Shown here: piece by piece, positions 40,878-48,953 of the stretch
Position numbering within the stretch: the stretch's first letter is position 1
Layout of the letters: each line of letters begins with the position of its first letter
Assembly: GCA_050010755.1 (NCBI GenBank)
Contig: JBEKKK010000001.1
Coordinates: 864,001 to 928,000, forward strand
DNA: 64,000 nucleotides
Origin: Candidatus Bathyarchaeia archaeon
GTDB taxonomy: Archaea > Thermoproteota > Bathyarchaeia > Bathyarchaeales > Bathycorpusculaceae
Direction: 5' to 3'
The notes under the pieces: model-generated
What the model was told of the DNA's origin: nothing
Databases searched by the model: none
Seen by the model: the letters and a program-made list of their open reading frames with translations, nothing else
Program-made: the position numbers and the translations under genes

Positions 40878-43331
40878 ATGTTCGAGGAGAAACCCCAGCT
40901 GACAGAAAAAGGGTCGCCTTTTGATCAGATGAAAGTTGACGAGGTGCTTAGTTCACTGGGTTCAGACTCAAACAAAGGGCTCAAAACGTCCGATGTCGAG
41001 GCCAAGCTAAGACAGTATGGGTATAATGAAGTTCCTGAAAAGAAGATTAGCCCTTGGGTGACGTTTGCAAAGAAGTTCTGGGGTCTTACTGCTTGGATGC
41101 TTGAGTTCATAATAATCTTTTCGTTGATTCTGGGCAACTACGCGGACCTTTACATTGTGACGGGGCTTCTGGTATTCAATTCGATTTTGGGTTTTGTAGA
41201 GGAGCAGAGAGCATCCGGCGTAGTGGAAGCATTGAAGCAGAAACTGCAGGTCACCGCTAGAGTTCTTAGAGATGGCACGTGGAGAAACTTGCCCGCGAGA
41301 GAATTGGTTCCCGGCGACATACTTCGGACGCGTTCCGGCGACTTCGTTCCAGCTGATGTGAAGATAATGGAAGGCGAGCTTGAAGTCGACCAATCAGCTT
41401 TGACAGGAGAATCGCTCCTTGCCGAAAAGAAGCCAGATGGCATTCTCTATTCGGGCTCGGTTGTGAAGAGGGGCGAGGCCAACGGAATCGTAATCTCGAC
41501 AGGAGTTAAGACCTATTTTGGGAGAACCGCTCAACTCGTTCAGCTTGCACGGCCAAAACTGCATCTGGAAGACGTCATCTCGAACGTTGTCAAGTGGTTA
41601 TTGGTGATAGTCATCACGTTGATAGCCGTACTCGTTGTTTTTTCTTTGGCAGAGGCAAAAGATCCGACGAAATTGTTGCCCATAGTCTTGGTCCTCTTGT
41701 TGTCCGCGATACCTGTCGCTTTGCCTGCGATGTTCACGGTCAGCATGGCTTTGGGCTCCATGGAACTCGCCAAGAAGGGCGTTTTGGTGACTCGCCTGAG
41801 CGCTTCAGAGGACGCGGCCACTATGAACGTTCTCTGCGCAGACAAGACGGGCACGATAACCATGAATAGGCTGTCGGTCGCGAAAATAATTCCGCTGAAC
41901 AAATTTGCTGAACAACAGGTCATCCTCTACGGAGCTCTGGCCTCTCAGGAGGCAAATCAGGACCCGATAGACATGGCGTTTATAAACGTGGCAAAACAGC
42001 AGAATCTCTTGGATCCGTCATTTAAACAGAAAAGTTTCACTCCTTTTGATCCGAAGACGCGCAGAACCGAAGCTTCGCTTGAGGAAAACGGTCGGGAACT
42101 GCGGGTAATGAAGGGAGCAGTGGATGTGATTGCCGCGGCTTGCAGACTTGAGAAGAGTGCTATCGCTCAGCTCGAGACGAGCATGAATGAATTTGCTGAA
42201 AAGGGCTACAGAACGCTCGCCGTCGCCAAGACCGACGATGAGAAGGGGGCTGAGCTCGTGGGTTTAGTGGCGCTTCGAGACACGCCTAGGCCTGATTCAA
42301 AACGCCTGATAGGAGAACTCAGAGAATTGAGCATCTCGGTCAAAATGCTGACAGGCGACGCTCTTCCAATCGCGAAAGAAATCGCGGCCGACGTTGGACT
42401 GGGAGATAGGGTCATCAAAGCAGCAGACCTGAAAGAATCCATAAAAGAAAACCCCATAGAAGCCACGCTTGCAGCAGACAAGAGTGACGGGTTCGCTGAA
42501 GTTTATCCTGAAGATAAATACACGATTGTCAGGAGCCTTCAAGCCACAAGACACGTGGTAGGTATGACTGGCGACGGAGTGAACGATGCGCCGGCGCTCA
42601 GACAGGCAGAAGTGGGCATAGCCGTCAGCAACGCGACAGACGTGGCAAAAGGTGCGGCCAGCGTCGTGCTAACAAACGAAGGGCTAACGGGCATCGTGGA
42701 TCTTATCAAGCATGGAAGAATCATCTACGAGAGGATAACCGCGTGGATACTCAGCAAAATAGTCCGAACCCTGCAAATAGCTACATTCGTGGTCATAGCC
42801 TTCCTCCTGACAGGAGACTACGTCGTCTCGGCATTCGTGATAATACTCTATTTCTTCATGACGGACTTCGTGAAGATAGCGCTGTCCACAGATAACCAGA
42901 AATCGTCCAAAAAACCCGATGCTTGGAATGTAGCCAGTTTAGTGAAGGTTTCCACAATTCTTAGCTCGCTCGTCATCGGGGAATCGTTTGCCCTGCTCTA
43001 TGCCGGACTGAACATTTTCCATCTTACCGTGGCCGATCAGACTCTCTACACGTTCACATTCGAGATCCTGTTCTACTCCGCGATGTTCCTAATATTCAAC
43101 GTCAGAGAAAGAGGACACTTCTGGAACTCCAGACCCAGCAGAACCCTGTTCATCGCAATAATACTGAGCATGATCGCAGCAACCATAGTAACGACAACTG
43201 GGCTTCCAGGACTCGTACCAATACCCATCGGCGAGACTCTCTTCGTATTATCCAGCTCCGCAGCCTTCTCACTGATACTGAATGATGCAGTCAAATACCT
43301 CATAGTGGAAAAAACAGAAATCAGATGGTAA
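40878..43331 (+). CDS. plasma-membrane proton-efflux P-type ATPase (P3A), copy 2
   Basis: TGES, IPVALP, CADKTGT, KGA, TGD, GDGVND, M6 Asp (MTD). Confidence 0.93.
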   Translation: MFEEKPQLTEKGSPFDQMKVDEVLSSLGSDSNKGLKTSDVEAKLRQYGYNEVPEKKISPWVTFAKKFWGLTAWMLEFIIIFSLILGNYADLYIVTGLLVFNSILGFVEEQRASGVVEALKQKLQVTARVLRDGTWRNLPARELVPGDILRTRSGDFVPADVKIMEGELEVDQSALTGESLLAEKKPDGILYSGSVVKRGEANGIVISTGVKTYFGRTAQLVQLARPKLHLEDVISNVVKWLLVIVITLIAVLVVFSLAEAKDPTKLLPIVLVLLLSAIPVALPAMFTVSMALGSMELAKKGVLVTRLSASEDAATMNVLCADKTGTITMNRLSVAKIIPLNKFAEQQVILYGALASQEANQDPIDMAFINVAKQQNLLDPSFKQKSFTPFDPKTRRTEASLEENGRELRVMKGAVDVIAAACRLEKSAIAQLETSMNEFAEKGYRTLAVAKTDDEKGAELVGLVALRDTPRPDSKRLIGELRELSISVKMLTGDALPIAKEIAADVGLGDRVIKAADLKESIKENPIEATLAADKSDGFAEVYPEDKYTIVRSLQATRHVVGMTGDGVNDAPALRQAEVGIAVSNATDVAKGAASVVLTNEGLTGIVDLIKHGRIIYERITAWILSKIVRTLQIATFVVIAFLLTGDYVVSAFVIILYFFMTDFVKIALSTDNQKSSKKPDAWNVASLVKVSTILSSLVIGESFALLYAGLNIFHLTVADQTLYTFTFEILFYSAMFLIFNVRERGHFWNSRPSRTLFIAIILSMIAATIVTTTGLPGLVPIPIGETLFVLSSSAAFSLILNDAVKYLIVEKTEIRW

Positions 43332-43481
43332 ATCTCATGATAACGGCCCAACAGAAGCGGTGCGCACAATAACCTTGAGAAACAAACTCGCCAAAGGCAT
43401 AAATTTCGCCGAACCGCTGCTGTCTCCGAAAAAGGAAAAGTTCATCTACAAGATGGCAAGTAACGGTTCAGGGGAAAATTT

Positions 43482-43931
43482 TTGAAACAAGGCAAGAAAA
43501 CGGTTCTCGTGGTCGACGATGACGAAACAGTTCTGAAAAGCATAAGCAAGTATCTAGCCTCCAAGGGTTATGGCGTAGAAACTGCCACGACTGGACGCGA
43601 AGCAGTGGAAAAGTCTAACAAATGTTTCATCAACCTGGCAATCTTGGACATCAGACTTCCGGACATGGATGGAACGGAACTTCTGACGAGGATGATTGAA
43701 ACTGAGCCTAAGATGAAGAAGATTATGCTCACCGGGTACCCGAGCGTGGAAAACGCGGCTGAATCCGTCAACAAACAGGCGGACGCTTACATTCTCAAGC
43801 CTGTTGATCTGAAGAAACTCTTCAGAGTCATAGAACAGAAGCTAGTGGAACAGGAACAAGAATTGAAAATGGACCGTAAGCGACTTATAACCTACATAAA
43901 GAGCCGAGACAAAGAACAGGGCGACACTTAA
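43482..43931 (+). CDS. single-domain response regulator (receiver)
   Basis: VVDDD, LDIRLPDMDG (phospho-Asp), LTG, KP; no output domain; no kinase in window. Confidence 0.93.
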   Translation: MKQGKKTVLVVDDDETVLKSISKYLASKGYGVETATTGREAVEKSNKCFINLAILDIRLPDMDGTELLTRMIETEPKMKKIMLTGYPSVENAAESVNKQADAYILKPVDLKKLFRVIEQKLVEQEQELKMDRKRLITYIKSRDKEQGDT

Positions 43932-44066
43932 ACTGCCTCTCAGTAGAAGAAATGCGATGCTTGGTCTTATGACGCCCGAACAATTCAATGTCACATGTCG
44001 CACAAGAATGTCTCTTTTTCAAATCTGCAAGGTTTAAATTTTAAACAAATCAACCAAAATTCTACT

Positions 44067-44221
44067 GCGGTCACCAACCCTGCGCTGTGACGCTCAATCC
44101 TTCTCCCTCTCTTCAACATCCATCCTTCTACACAACCTCACACGCGTGCAGGAACATACGCGCACATGGACTGGGATGTGAGAGGGTGAAGAAGGACAAA
44201 GCCAGCGCGCTAGCTAATTTT
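44067..44221 (+). ncRNA. candidate ~150-nt structured non-coding RNA
   Basis: TTTAAATTTTAAA at 44033-44045; nested complementary blocks GCGCTG/CAGCGC, TCCTTC/GAAGGA, CCCTCTC/GAGAGGG, ACATCC/GGATGT, CGCGTG/TACGCG; ends at a short T-run; no ORF. Confidence 0.5.
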
Positions 44222-44244
44222 CCGTAAAACTTGACAGGTCATCT

Positions 44245-47200
44245 TTATCCTTTTAGCCAGCCCTTGATTCCAAGTTCGCTGACCTTGAGGGTCAGTGGCT
44301 CAGGCTGGTGCGATTTGTAATTTCCGTTTTCGTCGAGATACAGTACCGTGGGTTTAAGTGAGAACTCGCCTTGAACTTTCGGCTTGAGTTTAAGCTTCAC
44401 TTCTTCGGTTTTCAAGGGGTCAAGTCGTTTTCCTTTCATGTTCAAATAGCTGTCTTCCACCCTGTAGACTTCGGGTTTTTCTGCCAGTTCGAAGCCTTTC
44501 GGGATGAGCTCGGTGATTTTCATCAACAGCGCAGGGCCTTTTCCTGCATTGACAAGCTCTATTTCCAAGTCCAAATTTTCACCCACGTTTAGCTGTTTTT
44601 GGCGGGAAATGATGTTTGCCTGTATGTTAGCGTTCTCAAACTTCTCAATACCCACAGCATTCTCATGACTCGGAGCAGGCGTACTGAACGCCGTCGTTGT
44701 AGAGACAATTGTAGGAGTGTGTAACACCTCACTGAGGGACATAGCCAGCTCTTGTTCTTCTTTCACTTTGTCAAGGAGTCTCAGAACCTGTTCTCTCTTT
44801 TCTGGGTGTTCAGCTTTCATGAAAGAGCCCGCGGAAGTTTGCAGGATTTTTTGGGCCATTGCAAACAGTTTTGTTTTTCTTTCAGGGTCAGCTTCTTTCT
44901 TTGCGTTGTTGATGTTTGAGTAGGCGTCTAGAAGCAGTTCGGTTGCTTTGGCGTATTCCGAAGCGCTCTGAATGCCAGCTTTCACGTAGTATCTTGCGGC
45001 GCTTTCCAATTGCTGAATGGCGATGTTGTGGAGTTTTTCGTCCGCCGTGTCGGAAAATTCCATTCCAGCTTCAAGTGCTCTGCAGAAGCGACTGTGCCCC
45101 AGTGCTAGCGTCTTTGCTTTCTCGTTGGGGCTAAGCTCTTTGGCCTTCTCAAATAGCTGAGATGCTTCCGCGTATAAACCTGGCGATTCCTCGGCTTCAG
45201 CCTTGGTCATTTTTGCCCAAGCTTGAGAGAGAGTTGCGATAAGTTTGAACTCCTTCTTGTCCTGCTCTGTTTCTACAGCTTCCTGTATGCCTTCGAGGAT
45301 TTCAGCTGCTGAACTGTACTTCTCGGAGCTTGAAAAGTGATCTCCCTTCTTGTCAAAGATTTTGGCTTCTTCAACTGCGACTCGTGCTATGCAGTATTTA
45401 TGTCTCAGGTCGGTAGCCTTCAACATTTCTTCTGCCATCTCTTTTTCATCGGCGTCCTCGATCGTTGGCAACTGGTTTTCCAGAGACTTTCTGGTTTCCT
45501 CTAGAAGTGTGGAAGCTGTCTCAAAGGCTTGAAGAGCTTCTTCACTGTTCTCTTTCCTGCTCAGTTCTTCTGCTTTGTCAAGCTTTGCCCATGCTGAATA
45601 GTTAGGTGCGAGATAGTTCCATCGTTTCAATGATTTGTGAAGACCTGCGGCTTTGTCAAAATGCTCTTCTGCCATTTTATATTCTTGTTTCTGATGATGA
45701 AATCTTGCTTTTTCAATTTCGCTCCAAGCTTGCATGTACAGCGCATGGTCGCCGTAGAAGCCTTTGAGCTGTGGGAACTTCTCTAATGCCGAAGCGTAGC
45801 TCCGTGATGCACACTCAAAATCCTGAGCGGCTGCCAAATGGTCTCCAAGCTTGTCATATACTTGTGCTCTTCTCCAACAATTCTCCGCTATTCTACTCAC
45901 CAAGCTGAGCTTTTGATAGGATTCGGTTGAAGCGTCATAACTCTGTACCGCTTTTTTCAGATGCTCCTTCTCGCCCGTTAATTCGTACAAACGAACAAGC
46001 GCGCGTGCATATCCATGTTGCAGTGCTCCCACGGTTACGAAGAGAGAGGTCCCCGAGCCTTTCTTAATCATGTACGTCAATTCTCTGATGCACAACTCGA
46101 TTGCTTTCTGCTTGTCGGCCACTGCAGCCACGAGCAAAGCCTTCTTTTTCTCCGAGTCCTCGGTCACTTCAGCAAGTTCATATTCAACGTTTCCCAACGA
46201 ACTTCGCATGACACCAATATTCCAGTATTGAAAAGGGACAAGGCACTCTTGAATTCCCTTGGCTTTATTTATGTAAACGAGGGCTTCTTCAAGACCTTTT
46301 TTTCTTTCCACAAGCTCTGCTTCGAATTTGGTGAGCCTGTGGCAAAGCCAGCCTCCCCCACCATACCAAGCCATCATGATTTCCGGATAACCAGATTCTT
46401 CCCACACCTTTCGATTGCGCAGACCCCACTGGAAAGCCTCTTCAAGTAAGGCTCTTTTTTTCTTCGGATCAGTCTCAACGTCAACTTGAAAATAGAGACG
46501 GCTCTGTTCAATTCCTGCTCTAGTCCAGGCAAGATCGCCGCGGGGGCTTACGAAAGGCACCTTGCTGAACTCGCACAGTGATTCCTCTGCATATTTTAGA
46601 CACCTTTCAATGGCGCGCTCTTTCTCAGCTGGATCATCGGTTCCCTCAAGCTTCCATGCAGTGTGGTAGACGAGCCAATCTAATGCGCAACCGATAATGA
46701 ACTTGTCATTCATCTTTTTGCCGTATTCTAACGCTTTCGTACAGTTTTCAAACGCTTGATCGGAGCCTTCCAAGCCGAAGAAAACTTGGCCTCCAAAAAC
46801 GGGATACACAGACTCGGTCATCGCTATTTGTTCAGAAAGCTGTTTGGCTTTGCCCCAATAGTTGAGGCCTTCCAGTCGATACTTCTCCCTTTCATTAATG
46901 TCTCTGAAGTTGTAGCTGAAAACTCCTAGAAAAACGACGGTTCGGGCGTAGGCCATCGCAAGTTGGCAAGCATCCCCAGAGGTTGAGAGGAATTCTATTG
47001 CCATCTCGCCCGACTTCACTGCCTCTTGTATTACCTCTTCGCGGGATTTGAAATCGGGTTCACGGGTAAATAGAAAAATCGCTGCGTCTGAAAGTTGGAG
47101 GTATGTCTTCACAAATTCACTTCGTTCCTCTATCTTTTCGAATGCTCGCATACTCCCAGTTGCGAGCTTCCAGCATTCATCCAACCATTTCTTCTTTTCA

Positions 47201-47556
47201 GAACTGTCAGACGCCAACCAATGCTCAATGTATGCGTTGGTAGCATTGCATCGAAGACCTTTGGCATTCGCCTTCTCAGAGCCATTGATCCTTTCGTAAG
47301 CCTCAAGAGCCTTTCCATAGTGAGCAGCAGCCTTGTTCATCCTGTTCGTGAACTCGTTCACATTTTCGGCCTGCATCGCAGCTTTGCGGAAGGCATAACC
47401 TAAGCGCTCGTGGAGATCGCCTGAGCTTGAGAAATTCTGTGCCGATATTGAGTCCAATACTTTCGCGTAATTCTCAGCCGCGCCTAGCCAATCATACTCT
47501 TTTTCCTTTATTTTGGCCTGAGTCAGGATTGCATCGGCGCTAGATGTGTTTGACAT
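44245..47556 (-). CDS. large cytoplasmic TPR/alpha-solenoid protein with C-terminal Ig-like beta-sandwich
   Basis: About 970 aa of A/E/K-rich helical repeats (AAENY.K, A.HY.KA, AS.LFEKA); C-terminal LDLEIELVNAGKG.A...G.F.L.P.V.Y.D; no signal peptide. Start uncertain (47556 or 47622). Confidence 0.85.
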   Translation of the reverse strand: MSNTSSADAILTQAKIKEKEYDWLGAAENYAKVLDSISAQNFSSSGDLHERLGYAFRKAAMQAENVNEFTNRMNKAAAHYGKALEAYERINGSEKANAKGLRCNATNAYIEHWLASDSSEKKKWLDECWKLATGSMRAFEKIEERSEFVKTYLQLSDAAIFLFTREPDFKSREEVIQEAVKSGEMAIEFLSTSGDACQLAMAYARTVVFLGVFSYNFRDINEREKYRLEGLNYWGKAKQLSEQIAMTESVYPVFGGQVFFGLEGSDQAFENCTKALEYGKKMNDKFIIGCALDWLVYHTAWKLEGTDDPAEKERAIERCLKYAEESLCEFSKVPFVSPRGDLAWTRAGIEQSRLYFQVDVETDPKKKRALLEEAFQWGLRNRKVWEESGYPEIMMAWYGGGGWLCHRLTKFEAELVERKKGLEEALVYINKAKGIQECLVPFQYWNIGVMRSSLGNVEYELAEVTEDSEKKKALLVAAVADKQKAIELCIRELTYMIKKGSGTSLFVTVGALQHGYARALVRLYELTGEKEHLKKAVQSYDASTESYQKLSLVSRIAENCWRRAQVYDKLGDHLAAAQDFECASRSYASALEKFPQLKGFYGDHALYMQAWSEIEKARFHHQKQEYKMAEEHFDKAAGLHKSLKRWNYLAPNYSAWAKLDKAEELSRKENSEEALQAFETASTLLEETRKSLENQLPTIEDADEKEMAEEMLKATDLRHKYCIARVAVEEAKIFDKKGDHFSSSEKYSSAAEILEGIQEAVETEQDKKEFKLIATLSQAWAKMTKAEAEESPGLYAEASQLFEKAKELSPNEKAKTLALGHSRFCRALEAGMEFSDTADEKLHNIAIQQLESAARYYVKAGIQSASEYAKATELLLDAYSNINNAKKEADPERKTKLFAMAQKILQTSAGSFMKAEHPEKREQVLRLLDKVKEEQELAMSLSEVLHTPTIVSTTTAFSTPAPSHENAVGIEKFENANIQANIISRQKQLNVGENLDLEIELVNAGKGPALLMKITELIPKGFELAEKPEVYRVEDSYLNMKGKRLDPLKTEEVKLKLKPKVQGEFSLKPTVLYLDENGNYKSHQPEPLTLKVSELGIKGWLKG

Positions 47557-47825
47557 GTTATCAGACTGAAATCTAGGTACCATTAAGTATCTGAAAAGCC
47601 TTTTCATGAATGACGTTTTCAATGGATACGCACGGGGACTTTTGAAGCGTGGTTTTTCGCATAACTAAGTAGCGACGCGGTGCCATAAGTCAGAGCGCTC
47701 GCTTTCTTGGAAGTACGCGCCTTAATTGTCGCTCATTAGTGAGAATTCATACAGTTTAAAACAAAACGTCCTGTCTTCTATCATTAGATATCCGAGTCTG
47801 ATTTGAACTCTGCGGGTCGTAATAA

Positions 47826-48344
47826 ATGACATATCCTGCACAGATACCACCAGAACTCTTTGCTCTCGTAGGCGTTTTCCTATTCCTAGCGCTTAGCCTG
47901 TTGACCTACCTCGGCGAGGATAGATTTCCGAAGAAGCTTCCTTACATCTATCAGGTGGCGGCTTTCTTTGGTCTTCTTTCTCTTGTGGCAAGCAGGTTTG
48001 TTTTTCCAGGGCTCGGGGAATCCACGCGGCTTTGGTATTGCTATGGTTACCTCATCGCGGTATTGGTGAATGTTATAGGTACAAACATCTACCTCACAGT
48101 GCCCAAACGACAGTATAAAACATCGAGAAAGTGGTCAGCAGTTGTCACTTTCCCTTCAATTCTGATCAGCTCATATCTTGTTGCTCAGTATGGCCTTTCG
48201 CAAGCTTCCTTGGTGTCTTCAATTGAGCAAATAACCGTGGTGGTTTCCTGTGTTGCTATGGCAACGTGCGCTGGCATTCTTGTTTTCAAGCGAATTTCGC
48301 ACGCACTATTTCATAACGTCCACGTAGGGGAGGTGACAAAGTGA
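47826..48344 (+). CDS. ~5-TM hypothetical membrane protein
   Basis: Hydrophobic helices; stop overlaps next start (GTGA). Confidence 0.75.
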   Translation: MTYPAQIPPELFALVGVFLFLALSLLTYLGEDRFPKKLPYIYQVAAFFGLLSLVASRFVFPGLGESTRLWYCYGYLIAVLVNVIGTNIYLTVPKRQYKTSRKWSAVVTFPSILISSYLVAQYGLSQASLVSSIEQITVVVSCVAMATCAGILVFKRISHALFHNVHVGEVTK

Positions 48345-48910
48345 ATCTGAGAAAAGCATTGTCTAAGAAGTATGTCAAATTCATTATTCTTGTTGCATTG
48401 GCTGCACTCATTGGCACTGCAAGTGCTGCTGTCTATTACTCGGTATTAATGCAGCCAAGTGTGACGATAACTGGCGCGACAGTGATTTTTGTTTCGGGAA
48501 ACGACTTTCCCACAGGATCTACCATGGGAACCAACTCAACGTGGGTCTACCTTGCCCTAAAGGCATATCCTAACGCTACTCTAACTTATGATCAACCGCT
48601 CAACATCAGCAATACGGATGCTGCATCTCACAATTTCAGACTACGCAACGTTTCGATCACGCCCGCTTCAGGAACCGCTTCAGTCAGTAACTTCACGGCC
48701 ATCAACTTCTTTGTCGAAAACACAGCCGGAGCCGTACAAGCTAACTTCTACTACAACACCACAGGCACCACTTGGAACACTCCAGCCACAACGGGGTATA
48801 TGACATTACCTGCAAGCACCACATGGATAGTCATGGTGCAGACGACGGCGGCCCCTGGTGCTAGTAGCACAGTCGCAGCAAGCCTAGTGATATCAGTAGA
48901 CGTGCAGTAG
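48341..48910 (+). CDS. secreted beta-rich fibre subunit (TasA/archaeal bundling pilin-like), copy 1
   Basis: GGAGGTG RBS; Sec signal ending ASA-A; T/S/N-rich all-beta mature part; 6 N-glycosylation sequons; no C-terminal anchor. Confidence 0.65.
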   Translation: MNLRKALSKKYVKFIILVALAALIGTASAAVYYSVLMQPSVTITGATVIFVSGNDFPTGSTMGTNSTWVYLALKAYPNATLTYDQPLNISNTDAASHNFRLRNVSITPASGTASVSNFTAINFFVENTAGAVQANFYYNTTGTTWNTPATTGYMTLPASTTWIVMVQTTAAPGASSTVAASLVISVDVQ

Positions 48911-48953
48911 TTCACCTTCCATTTTTCCTCTAGTCTGATACGGAAGATCGAAT

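Noticed and set aside
44067-44221. HDV-like ribozyme or SRP RNA identity for the structured element
   Set aside because: No P3/L3 or P1.1 elements for HDV; too short and lacking a proper helix-8 motif for archaeal SRP RNA. Kept only as an unclassified candidate.
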